64,000 nucleotides of DNA from Octopus sinensis (taxonomy: Eukaryota). Of the stretch, positions 36,861-51,015 are shown one piece after another. The notes below the pieces were generated by a model that worked only from the letters and a program-made list of their open reading frames with translations, did not search any database and had not been told where the DNA came from. The DNA is taken from positions 57,040,001 to 57,104,000 of the forward strand of contig NC_043002.1 in NCBI RefSeq assembly GCF_006345805.1, given 5' to 3'. Every line of letters begins with the position of its first letter. The stretch's first letter is position 1. The position numbers and the translations under genes are program-made.

Positions 36861-36894
36861 CTCACACACACAGACACACATACTGCTAATTATC

Positions 36895-36929
<35 letters not shown>

Positions 36930-37099
36930 CGTGAATAACGTTCGTATGTGTATGTGTGCGTTCTATTAGCGATTATTTGAATCGCTCTCTTTCTGCTTCC
37001 CCCCTCTCTCTCTCTCACACACACACACTCTACTATTGTAACAGATTGTTTACACCACCCACCAAATTAATCGTTTGCACTTTAATATAAAAGCTAGAT

Positions 37100-37640
37100 C
37101 GGATGCGATGAGCTGGTATAGAATCGTTAGCATGCTGGGCGAGATGCTTAGCGGCATTTCGTCCGTTTTTACGTTCTGAGTTCAAATCCCACCGAGGTCG
37201 ACTTTGCCTTTCATCTTTTCCAAAGCAATAAACTAAGTACCAGTTGAGCACTGGTGTTGATATAATCAACTTACCCCCTCCTCTGAAATTGCTGGCCTTG
37301 TGCCTATAGTAGAAAGAAGAATTAATGTTATGGAAGCATGCTAGCAGAATCGCTAGCAAGCCGAAAAACTGCTTTGCGGCATTTCGTCGATAAAATAAGA
37401 ACCAGCTGAGTACTGTGGTCAATCTAATCGACTTACCCCTGTCCAGAAATTGTTGGCCTTGCACCAAATTTTAAAACCAATATTAAAGTTAGACAACCGG
37501 GCGAAATGCTTAGCGGTATTCTGTCTGTCTTTACTTTCTGAGTTCAAATTCCACCGAGGTCGACTTTGCCGTTCATCCTTTCGGGGTCGATAAATTAAGT
37601 ACCAGTTGAGTGTTGGGGTCGTTGCAATCGACTAGTCCCC
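37100..37640 (+). mobile_element. Three tandem SINE family B copies/fragments
   Basis: GCTTAGCGG.ATT...GAGTTCAAAT.CC.CCGAGGTCGACTTTGCC and AAGTACCAGTTGAG recur. Confidence 0.75.
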
Positions 37641-37889
37641 TCTCATTTAAATTCCTCTATATCAGTGTTTCTCAGTTTTTTTTACCCTTGCGTAACCCTT
37701 AAAATAAATTACATGTCTAAAAAAAATTACAAAAAAATTACATACTATATCTTTCTCATATTTTCTTTTATCGTAGTTTACGTAGTAAATATATAATATA
37801 ATATAATATAATATAATATAATATAATATAATAAAAATAATATAATATAATATAATATAATATAATATAATATATATATATATACATAT

Positions 37890-38089
37890 TTCTCTTTTAC
37901 TTGTTTCAGTCATTTGACTGCGGCCATGCTGGAGCACCGCCTTTAGTCGAGAAAATCGACCCCAGGACTTATTCTTTGTAAGCCTAGTACTTATTCTATC
38001 GGTCTCTTTTGCCGAACCGCTTAGTTACAGGGACGTAAACACACCAGCATTGGTTGCCAAGCGATGTTGGGGAGAGAAACGCAAACACA

Positions 38090-38165
<76 letters not shown>

Positions 38166-38290
38166 TATATACAACGGGCTTCTTTCAGTTTCCGTCTACC
38201 AAATCCACTCACAAAGCTTTGGTCGGCCCGAGGCTATAGTAGAAGACACTTGCTCAAGGTGCCACGCAGTGGGTCTGAACCCGGAACCAT
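37890..38290 (-). mobile_element. SINE family A
   Basis: Near-consensus copy with CpGs retained. Confidence 0.87.
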
Positions 38291-39539
38291 ATATATATAT
38301 ATATGGTTATTATATTTTTTTGATAACATAATAGGATGATATCTATATTACAATATTCCAATAACCAATATGTTTTGTATGTATAGTAATACTACGATCA
38401 TGAAATTAGCATTAGCTTATCTCACTCTTTTTCGTGGAACTCCTAGGAACCTTTTGTGGAAGAGTACGTCTCCAGGGAACCCTGGTTGAGAAACGCTGCT
38501 CTACATTAACAGAAGAGGTTTGAAATTGTGAAACGACAAAATTTTGATATTCTTCAATTTTGTTCAACTTTCTCGAACCTGTTTTCCAATAGAAGATATC
38601 TCAGTCATTGATGTCTGCATAATGCAGATTTTTAATTCATTATCTAGGCACAAAGCCAATAGTTGAACAGATGGGAGATATAGTTTACTAAATCACCCCC
38701 CTCCATTCCAGTTTATTATTATTACATCTTATTTCCATCGATTCTGGAAGGATAGGAAGGAAAGTCGACTCTGCGTGACTTAAATATCGTTATTAAATAT
38801 ACCAAACTCTTTATAATCATTTCCCATTTTAAATACGATGCTTAAACCAAAGTTTTAAAGTGAGCTAAATGGAACCTAACTCTGAGTATTAGAATTAACA
38901 ACAAAAAGAATTTGAAACCTCAGTTGAGAAAATAAAGAGAGAAGCCTTCACTCAGCCTCAAAACACATATACGCGTGCGCACAGAAATTTACTCATACAG
39001 TTAGAAAAAGGGAGTAAGGGAGTGAAAGAGAGATTGATAAATAGATAGATAGAGAGTAGAGAGAGGTTACAATTTATTAACTGAATATGATTCCTTCTTC
39101 ACAGACACTTAAGAGAAATGTGCCCACATACATAGAGAGAGAAAGGGAGGGAGAGAGAGAGAAAAGGGAGAGAGAGAGAAAGGGAGGGAGGAGAAAGGAA
39201 GAAGGAAAAAGAAAGTGGAAGGGAGAACGAGAGGGAAGGAGTGAGACAAAAAAGGGAGGGAGGGAGAGAAACATTAAAACGTCTGATGTCAAATAAGTCA
39301 GCGTCGAATCAGCGGGGCCAATGAGCGGCTCCAAGTTGTCTAACACTCTCTCCTTTATACTTTGTACAACACACGAAAGTGATGAACTGACAGAATCGTA
39401 AGCAGACAAAATGCTTAGCGCTATTTCTTCTGGTCCTACGTTCTGAGTTCAAATTCCGCCGGGTGTAAACTTACCTTCCTTCTTATAGGAATTGTCAAGA
39501 AAAGTTCCAGTCAAATACTGAGATCATTGCCATTACTCG

Positions 39540-39872
39540 AAGGCGCATGGCTCAGTGGTTAGAGCGTAGAGCTTACGATCGTGATGCTGTGAGTTCGATT
39601 CCCGGACCGGGTTGTGTGTTGTGTTCTTGAGCAAGACACTTTATTTCATGTTGCTCCAGTTCACTCAGCTGTAGAAATGAGCTGCGACATCACTGGTGCC
39701 AAGCTGCATCGGCCTTTGCCTTTCCCTTGGATAACACTGGTGGTGTAGAGAGGGGAGGCTGGTATGCACGGGCGACTGCTGGCCTTCCACAAACGATCTT
39801 GCCCTGACTCGTGCCTCGGAGGTTAATTTTCTAGGTGCAATCCCATGGTCATTCATGACCGAAGGGGGTCTC
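39540..39872 (+). mobile_element. Full-length SINE family C
   Basis: A box TGGCTCAGTGG, B box GAGTTCGATTCC, and central GTTCTTGAGCAAGACACTTTATTTC box. Confidence 0.75.
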
Positions 39873-41502
39873 CTCCTGCCATTCCCCAAAGTGTGCAACC
39901 CCTTGCCAGTTTCAGAATTCAGTAAATAAATAAAATAATCTGATGAAGACCACAAAGGTAATAAGAGAATCTACGGTTTTCGATTCCTGAATCAATATAT
40001 TCATCTTCAATTATAATAACAGAAGTAGAGAGCTGGCAGAATCGTTAGCACGTCGGACACAATATTTAGTGTCATTTCTTCTGGCTCTTTTCGTTGTGAG
40101 TTCAAATCCCGCCGAGTTCGATGAAATACAGTGCTGTTCAAGTACCGGGTTCAATGTCATCAACTTGTCCCTCCCCACCCCGCTCAAAAATTGCTAGCCT
40201 TGAATCCTGTAACACACCGACGTCCCGTTCAGAGGGAATGTTGTGATCTTATAAGCCATGAAAACCAGGTAACCGGCCTATGTAAGTCCTAGGGCTCAAA
40301 GGTAAAAAAAAAAAAAAGAAAAAAAAGGAAAGAAAGAAAAAGAAAGGATGACTATCACAGCATTCCGTACAATCTCCCCCTACGAATATAAAACCCAGCA
40401 CCGATGTAAAGAAATACGGAAATTAAATAATCGATAAACAAACAAACAAATAAAAAAATAAATGACGACTAGTTATTAGAAGAAATATTTGTAATGTCAC
40501 ATTTAAATAGAGCATTGTCTTACCTAGTATAGCAAATATGTTTAACTAATCAGTTTGAACGACTGCCCTAAAATTATATGAGAAATTAATATTTAATATC
40601 CTTTCTAATGTCACAATGCAGGTTTTCTTCTTTCTTCTCCCTCACATACCTTAGACTATAACAGTAGAACTTATGACTTATATAACCTAGACCTAGCTAG
40701 CTAAACTACTTACCTTATTTATCTATAATTGCATATATATACATATATATATGTATATTTGTACAAGAGTATAGAGTAAATAAAGTTTATTTAGATATTA
40801 TAAATATGTAACAAACAGAAACAAAAAGAAAAAAGTACAAAACAATGGCATAAAATTGACATTTGAAAGTAAATATAAGTAAATATAATGGAGAGAGACT
40901 TTGACCGAGCAATAAATGTATAAAGCAGAAATGACAGATGTGGTCATAAGCTACCTGAGCAGAAGCCGGCCTGCAATTGGTCCAAGTTGATCACATGGCC
41001 TTGAACTTGCAATCGCCATATTATTAACATAGAGTAGAAGAGCAGCCTGTTGTCTGCTTTGCCTGCTGCTATCATCTCGTTTTTTTCCTTCTTGCTTTTC
41101 AGACCACGCTTTCGCTGTGGTGCAGTTAGTTACATAGAGTTTACGACGACTTTCTAAACACTTTACATGGACCGATACGCACGTTAACTCTGCCTTTTAT
41201 TTATTTAGAGTATTTTATTTATTGGCAGTTAACTCATATTTCGCGGGGTAAATTTTTTTTTATACGAACCCCTTCGGTGAATTAAGGAAAAAAATTGAAT
41301 TTGGGGATTTGACAACTAATTTAGTTCAAACCACGGAATATTTGGAGGCGGCTACTTTGATAGAAAGAAAGTATAAAGGAGAAGAGAAAAAGTTTGAAAA
41401 GAATTATTTTCCCCCTTTATTGAAAAAGTGCGCTGAAAGTTAAAAGACGCAAAGTCGTCCGAGAAAACCGAGTATAGTGTTAGAAAGTAGAAAAATAACA
41501 AG

Positions 41503-41926
41503 ATGAGCGATAACGTGCAGGATACTTTTAACAAACTGAAATTACATCCCCGACTTTGTCACTTGATAAAATGGCAAGATTTCAATGGTTATGGATTTAA
41601 CTTGCATGCTGAAAAAGGCAAAGCTGGCCAGTTTATCGGAAAAGTGGATGAAGGTTCTCCAGCCGAAGCTGCTTTTCTCTATCAAGGGGACCGAATAATC
41701 GAGGTGAATGGTGTGAATATTGGCAATGAGAATCACCAACAGGTAGTCCAGAGGATCAAAGCTGGTGGAGATGAGACCAGATTATTAGTTGTCGACACTG
41801 AAACGGATATCCATTTCAAGGCCCAGAAAACTGTGGTACGTGGAGAAATGCCCGAAGTTGCATATTGTAAAACCCCTGACATGCATGGGTTTTCTACCCC
41901 GATTCTGAACTACAACCAAACTTTGG
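41503..41926 (+). CDS. NHERF1: First coding exon of an NHERF/EBP50-family PDZ scaffold protein (Na+/H+ exchanger regulatory factor-like); 141 codons plus 1 nt, phase-1 intron follows
   Basis: [84 protein letters not shown] matches the NHERF PDZ pattern (GYGF, GDR.VEVNG, HQQVV.RI, RLLVVD). Donor TTTGG|GTAAGC at 41926/41927. The symbol denotes the family, not proven orthology. Confidence 0.88.
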
Positions 41927-43078
41927 GTAAGCTTCTCAATAACTTTTCATAATTAGTTTTATTACTTTCTATTTTTTTTCCTTAAAATATTTTATTTACA
42001 AAAATTAATTAGTAAAAGCGGAGGTGTTTGTTGTTTATAACCTGACTGTTCCTTTAAGTTGGGGAACTGAAACACACAACAAATAATGTCTCCTATTTCT
42101 GGTGGCCCTTAAAGCTGAAAGTGACGAGTCGTGGGACTTTTTAAATGTTAAAGAAATTTAGCAAATTATTATCTTGTATACACAGTCTTATGTACACGCA
42201 CGCAGTCTAAAGACACGCACACTCGTGTGTGTATGTTTACAGTTTTGTGTATATGTACACGCATACACACACAAGTTGTGTACACATTCTTGTGTGTATA
42301 TATATATATATATATATATACATGCACACACACATTTGTGTGCAGGAAAAGCTGGTCAAAGGTGCGGCAAGGGAACGCTATGCGATTATCTCTATTTTGT
42401 GTTCTATCTAAAGAACACAGCTCACATTATTAATACTACTACTATTACTACCTTCTCACACAAATGAGATAAGCAGGCACGAGTCAAAACAGTAGCATAT
42501 AGAAGGGAATTAAAAAAAAAAAAGTATTTATATATAACCCCGAAAAGTTGTTTAACAAAGAACTGTACGAGTTGTTCTACATGGTTAACCTGTTTTAAAG
42601 TTTTTCAGAACTACTCTAACCCCGCTAATTTCTGACTTCTAAGCCTGTTATCTAATAAATATATTATGTATGTATATAAACTGTTATATATCTCTGGAGG
42701 GTGTATATTAACTAAGGACACTCGACAAGATAACGGGCCAGTTAAGATAACCCTCCCTCCACAACCTGAGCCAGCTCGAATGTTGTTACCTTGTCAGTAT
42801 AGCTTTCTTTCTGAAGTATTCAAGTTTTGTACTAATGTTATTGAAGAAAACATTCTTTGCCACGACAGCAGTATTAAGAGAGGTGTGTGAACATGTGAAT
42901 GAATGAGCGCGCACCTATCTCTAGACACACACGCTTCTATATGCGTTGTTAACCTAATACATATGTATATATATTTTATTTCATTAAGATCCATGTATTT
43001 ACTGTTGTTCTTACTCGGTTTTTAAGGGACGCTATACAGAAATCCCCTCTCCTCAGGTTTTTTTTCTCATATGTCCAT

Positions 43079-43109
<31 letters not shown>

Positions 43110-43619
43110 CGCAAGTTTCTAAGACAAACATGTTTTTATGTCGGTAAAACCTAACAAACACCGAGGGCTATTGTGCAGTTGTTTCTTGGCTGCTACTGCT
43201 TCACCTTTCCGCGGCGACATAAAATTATTTTATAAGAAATATTCAGAGGATGATAGAAGCATTAGTTGGTGACAACTTCCTTTTGATAAACTCCTTCGCC
43301 TCCCACAACCTTATTACTCAGGTTAAAAACATTTGTCCTCCTACAAACCGACCTCCCTCACGTTTCTTTTTAAGTTTGGCCTCTTTAAATGCACCTTATT
43401 GACGACCGAGGGCGAATGGTTGAGTCTGTTGCACCTCCCTTTGTATGTGTACGAATAAACGCGTTCGCGCATATGTGTATAAACGTGTGTGTGTGTATAT
43501 TGCATGTATACTCATGAATGTTTATACATCAGCACTTGAATATATTCGTGTGTATATAAATGGTTAAACTTTTTCATATTTTGTCTTCATAATCGATATG
43601 TAGTATCTGTATACGCACA

Positions 43620-44410
43620 CTCATGTATATACACATTCACACACACATACATTCACACACACACACACACACACACATACATTCGCACACACACACATAC
43701 ATTCGCACACACACACATACATTCGCACACACACACATACATTCGCACACACACACACATACATTCACACACACACACATTCGCACACACACACACATAC
43801 ATTCGCACACACACACACATACATTCGCACACACACACATACATTCGCACAACACACACATACATTCGCACACCACACACACATACATTCGCACACACAC
43901 ACATACATTCGCACACACACACACATACATTCGCACACACCACACACACACATTCGCACACACACACACAACACATACATTCGCACACACACACATACAT
44001 TCGCACACACACACATACATTCGCACACACACACACATACATTCGCACACACACACACATTCGCGCACACACACACACACATTCGCACACGCACACACAT
44101 TCGCACACACACACACACACATTCGCACACACACACACACATTCGCACACACACACACACACACACATTCGCACACACACACACACACATTCGCACACAC
44201 ACACACACACATTCGCACACACACACACACATTAGCACACACACACACACATTCGCACACACACACATACATTCGCACACACACACATACATTCACACAC
44301 ACACATACATTCACACACACACATACATTCACACACACACACACATTCTCACACACACACACACATTCTCACACACACATATACATTCTCACACACATAC
44401 TTACATACAA
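43620..44410. repeat. Minisatellite of ~18-22 bp units (CA)n-TACATTCG derived from a CA repeat
   Basis: CACACACATACATTCGCACA recurs more than 30 times. Confidence 0.95.
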
Positions 44411-47400
44411 TTAAAAAGATTAAAGATAAATTTGAACTTTGTTCACCTGTATAATTTCTGCCATTTTAATTATCTATACATGTTTTCTTGTGATAAATTT
44501 TGAAAACAAAAGAAAAACAACTCCCTAAATTTTCCCCTATTTAGCCTGTTTTTAGGGTCTGTAAATATAGACAACGATCATTTTTCTATTGACAAGATAA
44601 AAAGTAGCAAATACTGAACTTCTATATCCGTATGTTATATTTAGAAACAAGCTAATATTTATAATATTTTTTTTTTTTTTTTTAAACCAGGAAGGAACTT
44701 GGGCTCTAGAAACTGTCTAAATACATTTTCCATTGTGTATTTGACAGATTTCATGATTATTCTAGACTAGATGTGTACATATGCTGCTTATTTTAATCGT
44801 TCGATTTTTCTTTTGTTTCTTCAATAACTTTCTTTAAAACTTTAATTCTTTCCCCCGTTTCTTCGTCTCTCTAGCTTTGCTAAAAACACGGTTTATATAT
44901 AATTCAATTGCTTTTATTCGGGGCCAAACTACGTAGTTGGTGTAACAGCAATAAACGCACGCATATATATATAGTTTATGGTTGTTTTTAGACCGAATTA
45001 TAAAAATTTTACTTCAAACTGAAGAATTACTCGATACTTTGAAATGTATGTATTTATACTTTTGCAAGAGGAGTGACAGGGACTTCGAAGTTTCGACTTG
45101 CCTATACACACACACTCACACATATATATATATATAGGATAAAAGCGATAAGCAGTGATGTGTTTAAATACAAACTTGTTACCAGTTCAAATATGCTTCA
45201 GGCATATTCGAACCCGTGTGTGTGTGTATTTAAAAGGTTTCATAAAACGTATGGTGAGTGTTAATAAGTAATTTCTCAATGTGGGCGGTGCGAGTGAAAG
45301 AAATTAAAGCAGTTATAAAACGAACCCACTTCACATAGCGCAGATTGTCAAGTAGCAACGTGAATTAGCGCCTTCAAAGTCGAAATATATTCGTAACTTT
45401 GCCGCTTTTAAATTCCGATTTATTATTATTGGTACTTATTGAACTTGTCTGGCTAGTTTTATGTAAAGTTTCTTGTGAATAATATTTTATTTTTTGCGTG
45501 TTTGAAGAAAAAAAAAAATCAAGTCTTACATAAAATAATTGTTAACCACGTTATAATTAATTTCTTCGTTGAAAAGGAGAAAAAAATAAACAAAATTTAC
45601 TGTGAAAATGACATTTTTTTTACAATTAATATTCTATGCACGAATTTGTCACGTTTTCATTTTCTTTTTGTGTTTGTCGTGAATTTTGGGGTTTTCCATT
45701 AAGTAAAGCATATTGTTTCTAGTGAGATAGTATTTAACTTCCGGTATGTTAGGGGCCACTATTTAAAGATCTTTATGAATGACACACATTACAATTTAGG
45801 CATGCTCAGAGGGGGAGGGAGTAAAAACAAGGGTTTTTTTGTAGCCTTTTTGCTAAGGGCTCTCTGACATACCTCGTTGCTCCTCCGTCCCCACTCAGCT
45901 CAGGAATTTTTTGTTTAAATATTTCGTCTTTACTCAGTTGGTACCTTGCTAAATTTTCATTTTCGTTAGCATATGTTTAAGATAGATAACTAACTACCTA
46001 CCTCCCACCGCACTATACTTTAATCAGAAAAACAAACAAAACATCTGAAGGAAAATTAACGAACAGGCTAATACCAGCTATTTAGCACAGCCGAATCCCA
46101 AGTCATAGTCTTCGGTGATGAGAATTTCCTCTTGGTGCTGATTTAAAACTACACACACACAACATTGTTAGAGGTTTTTTTTATATCACTACCATCCACC
46201 TCCTCATTATTATCATCATCACCACCACATTTGTTTATATGGTTGCCATTGACATCTCCGTCTCTCTCTCTCTCTCTCTCTCTCTCTACCTTATTTTAAT
46301 GATCCTCTTAAGTACAGGACACACTCTAACGTTGCTAGAAATGTTTTGCTCTCACCCTAATTGTTAATATTTCTATTGTCAGTGGACTGAGATGGGAAGG
46401 TTAGGGTAGCGAGAAAGAGCGGAGCAATGAAATAAGAGTTCGGAGTTCGTATCCCACCAATGCGACTATGTATGTTATTTATTTCTGCAAGGATCTATAA
46501 AAATAAATACCAGTAGCTGTAATATTTTCAATGTTTTATTTCTATTTTCCTTATTTATCTAGCATATGTGGAAATAGTGAAAATATATTCAAATATCAAA
46601 ATTCTCCCCCATCAATTAACACGATTATATATTATATGCAGTAAATAAAAATAACAGGATATAAAAACGAATACGTAAAACGAAACTAAGCAGGCAAAAA
46701 TAAAACATTTGTGATTATATTAAGCATATTTAAAAAATAGAATACTTTAATTTCTCTAAATGCACAAGATCAGGGAATAGATCCCCTATCAATGCGTAGT
46801 CATGAATTTGAAGAAAATTGTGGTGCGTTTTAAAACTATAATGAAAACAACTACAGCATATAAGTTTTATCTATACTTAATTTATAAATAATGAAATTAA
46901 CTATGTTAATGAATTTATATCTGCGGATGGTGTGTGTACGTGCGATTCTTATTAGTACTTTGTAACTTTTTCTTCGTTTGCTGTAATTTCCATCGTCATT
47001 AAGTGAACAATCGGACGTCGTATTCGACGGGAGACTCCACCATACCTTACCTTAATGTTAATTAGTATAGTCTCAATTGAGTGCTTTTAGATCCCGTCTT
47101 CCTAAGGGATTTGTTCCAAATCCCTATTTTAAATATCTTTATGCTATTTAATAATACAACTGCGAAACGCAACCCTATTTCAGTTGATGTATGGAAGAAT
47201 GTCTTATATTCTTGTTTTAATTTCTCACTCTTTATCAATATGCCTTTTCTCGTTTGATTTTTTTTTCATTGCTCCCACTTTTTTTTTTTCTGAATTTTTA
47301 CTGTTCTAACCGGCTGGTGTAATCTCCGATCAGCGGACTTCCAGAATAGCATTCCTATCTCGTAGAGAAGGGGGAAAAAATGAGGAATTGAGTAGTTTCC

Positions 47401-47575
47401 TCCCGTGAAAGAATCTTTTTCTTTTTACATTTTGTACCCCTCCCTTCAAATTCCATTCCTTTTTCAGGTAAATGTTTACTATTACACCCGTCTCACGAAG
47501 TTGTCTCGTTTAGAAAAACAAAACTTTTTTTTGTATAATCGTGTATTTGTATATTTTTAGAAGGTAACAACGTGT

Positions 47576-47693
47576 AATTTTAAGCTGACACCGTATCGAT
47601 ATTAAATTCCATATTCATTAATTCTCCCAATTAATTTTAAGCTGACACCGTATCGATATTAAATTAATTCCATATTCATTAATTCTCCCAATT
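47576..47693. repeat. Tandem duplication of ~57 bp
   Basis: AATTTTAAGCTGACACCGTATCGATATTAAATT..CCATATTCATTAATTCTCCCAATT occurs twice. Confidence 0.9.
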
Positions 47694-48024
47694 GACAATT
47701 TAGTAATTTCTGACCCGACAAAAGCCCAAACATTTTAAGCTATAAAACTTCCCAACTTTAGGGTGTAAACGGAATAGGAGTTAATAAATACAATCCCCAA
47801 GAGAATTCTGGTAGTTACCTTTTATAGAGATGTGAAATGTCTGTTTTAGGTGAGTTTGTTTATACTATTGTTAACCATCAAATAATGGGTGACTTTGGAA
47901 GTGTATTTTTACCACCATGGGTAATATTAGGAATATTATAACATACATGCAATAAATTATCAAATTTCTTGGTTTTTATACGAAATGACATGAATGCTAA
48001 TTTAAAAAAAAACAAAACATCGTC

Positions 48025-48900
48025 ATCATTTAACGTCCATTTATCCATGTTGGTATGGGTTGGATTGTTTGACAGGAGCTGGCAAGGCTGGAGCGGCGCT
48101 AGGTTCCAATTGTCTGTTTTGGCATGGTTTCTATGGTTGGATGCCCTTCCTAATGCCAACTACCAGCACGGGTGCTTTATACGTGGCACCAAATGAAGGA
48201 AACGTTCAAAACGTTTTTCAAAACGAATTTATTCTTTTCCTATACGCTTGAAATTCATGTTCGTTTGAACTAAACCGTTTCAGATTAAAATATACCCTTG
48301 TCACACCGAGTGAAATCTCTTCTTTGCCTTGTCTCTGTCTGCCTGTCTGTCATATACCCACTCTCGCAGGTATTATGTGTTAATATATGGTGGAACAATG
48401 CAATGTATTTTTGTCCTCATTAAAAAGTGATTTTAGTGACAGCTTCCCATTAAATTTGAAATAGAATTGTTTAGGAAGGAACTGTTTCTAGATGTAATTT
48501 TAGTTTTATTAATCTCAATTATTACCTTTTATCTTCCTCTCCTAATGTTATGTAAAAGAAATGGAAACACTGGTTCTTTTAATGATTTCAATATTTGGAA
48601 ATACTTTTTAACATGAAAAAAATAAAACTTGTCCCCTAAAATCCCTCTCCTGTGTGAGTGGAGGGGACTATATAAAGCACAAGGAGTTAGGTGTACATTC
48701 AAAACTTTATAAAGGATTATACAGCTGTTCTTTTACACATCATTTAATGTCCACTTTTCCATGCTTGCATGGGTCAGACAGAATTTGTTGAGGCAGCTTT
48801 CCTATGGTTGGATGCCCTTCCTGCTGCCAACCCTTACCCATTTCCAAGCAGTGTAATACTTTCACAGGAGGTTGGAAACAATGTCACTTATATGACAGTC
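48025..48900 (+). mobile_element. Two copies of a short repeat with GGTTGGATGCCCTTCCT tail (RTE-associated SINE-like); further copies at ~54940-55110, 55930-56070 (minus) and 56230-56360
   Basis: TTTAA.GTCCA.TT.TCCATG.TTG.ATGGGT...ATGGTTGGATGCCCTTCCT..TGCCAAC at ~48030-48160 and ~48745-48835. Confidence 0.55.
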
Positions 48901-49868
48901 ATGCTTGTTTACAACCATCACATGGTCTAAACTAGGGTAGACACACACTCACACACACCTGTGCAGGGCAGGCTTCTTTCAGTTTCACTTTACCAAATCC
49001 ACTCGGAAGATTTTGGTCAGCTGGGCTATAGTGGAAGACACCTGTCCCGGGTACCTTGCAGTGGGACTGAATCCAAGACTATATGGCCAGGAAATGAGTT
49101 TCTCAACCACACAGACATGCTTCATAGCCATGCCTGCTTCTATATATTTTTTGATCTTATTTGAGTACTAAATATCTTTATTGAACAAATGAGATTAAAA
49201 AAAGAAAGCAACCAGCATGGTTTCGCAAAGGTTCATTACACTTTCTTCTTCTACTCTTCTCCTTAAACATTGTACTGAATCCTTCTTAGAGTTGCAGTTG
49301 ACTTGGAACTCTCAATCTGTTTCTTATCTTCCAGTGACTATTTAGCTTTATCCATCCAATGCGGTTATCCCTCACTTCCAGTGTAGGAAGTCATTGAATA
49401 TATCCAGTAACACTGCTCCTATTCAATTTAGTTTAATTGCTTAAAACTTCTAAAAAATATTTTTTAATATTGGTTAAATGACAAAAATACTTTAATTAGT
49501 AATGCAAATATAGATATACACATTCTTTTATTGTTACTTGTTTCAGTCATTAGACTGGCCATGCTGGGGCACCACCTTAAAGAATTTTAGTTGAATGAAT
49601 CAACACAATTCATTTTTTTTTTCAAGCCTGGTATTCTATCAATCTCTTTTGCTGAACTGCAATAGTGACCATGTTATTTCTTAACTTTTAAGTTCAAAAC
49701 CTGCCAAGGACAGCTTTAATCTCCTCTTTCTGTGGGTTCATAAAAGCAATGCCAGTTCAAGAACTGAACTTGCTTCCATCAAGTATATCCACCCACCAAC
49801 AAAATCTGTATACTTTGTGCTTTATATCAGAAATCTTGATCAGAATTGCTGTGTAGTAAAGATTGTTT

Positions 49869-50194
49869 GCCAACATAACATGGCTGTCCTGGTTTAGGAC
49901 GAATGTTGCTGTAATTTAGCCCTAGGAGACATTGTCTCCAGCTGGCTATACAACACAATCTGTGTCCTTACATTTTCAAACAAGGGAATCTAGCACCCCC
50001 ACTCAGCTCAAAACAATATCTGTGTATTGCGATTTCCAGGTTATTTCTCTTCATCAGTCCAGTGGTGGGGCTAGATTCCCTTGTTTGAAAATGTAAGGAC
50101 ACAGATCGTGTCATACAGCCAGTTGGAGACGATGTCTCCTGGGGCTAAATTACAGCAACATTTGTCTTAGACCAGGACTGCCATGTTATGTTGG
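49869..50194. mobile_element. MITE with ~130-bp terminal inverted repeats
   Basis: GCCAACATAACATGGCTGTCCTGG...GGGAATCTAGCACCCC (49869-~50001) is mirrored by GGGGCTAGATTCCC...CCAGGACTGCCATGTTATGTTGGC (~50066-50194). Confidence 0.85.
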
Positions 50195-50664
50195 CTGAAT
50201 ATCTCGCATTGTAAGATATAAAAATAGTAATTTCCAGAATTGCTATCACTAAAATGTGGGCTTTTGGATTTGTTTGTGCCATAACAAACAATGATTTTAG
50301 CAGATTTATATATTTTCGATATTTGGAATAAATAAGTTGTAAGTTGGCTGACTTGTTATCACTCTGGGCAAAATGCTTAGTGGTATTTTGTTTGTCTTTA
50401 CATTCCGACTTCAAATTCTGATGAGGTTGATGTTACCATTCAGTGTCAACAAAATAAGTACCAGCTTGATACTGAGGTTGATATAATTGACTTACTCCCC
50501 CCCCACCAAACTTGCTGGCCTTGTGCCAAAATGTGAAACAAATGTTCAGAATGAATGAAATTCTTACAGCTGAGTCTTCAGTGAGTGATACTGTGTAACA
50601 CTGGGAATTGAACCAATACTTTTCTTTCCTCTCTGAAGATTATTATTCTTTCTTTCTTCATTGT

Positions 50665-51015
50665 GTGCATCTCTTACTTATTTCAGTCATTGGGTTGTGG
50701 CCATGCTGGGGCACTTCCTTGCATGGTTTAGTCAAGCAAATCCCCCTCAGTACTTTTAAATGTTATTTTGTTGGTCTCTTTTGCTGAATTGCTAAGTTAC
50801 AGGGACATAAACAAAGCAACACTGGTTAAGTAGTGTGTGGACATGCATGGACACATGCATACACTCACACACTCTTTCTCCCTCTCTCTCTCTCTCACAT
50901 GTATTTCTGCACAATTTCCATCTATCAAATTCATTCACAAGGCATCTGTTGGCCTGAGGCTATAACAGAAGGCACTTGCCCAAGGTGCTGCACAGTGGGA
51001 CTGAACCCCAAACCC
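50665..51015 (-). mobile_element. SINE family A, CpG-decayed
   Basis: GGTCTCTTTTTGCTGAATTGCTAAG versus consensus GCCGAACCGCTAAG. Confidence 0.75.

Noticed and set aside
39545-39610. tRNA gene candidates (also at 52940-53005 and SINE A heads)
   Set aside because: A and B boxes are present, but they continue into SINE bodies with no complete acceptor stem; these are SINE heads, not tRNA genes.
39945-39975. CTGATGAAGACCACAAAGGT, like an HHR 5' half
   Set aside because: No GAAA box follows.
41927-41952. ORF track extension KLLNNFS* of the PDZ ORF
   Set aside because: It lies past a consensus GTAAG donor and is most likely intron read-through.
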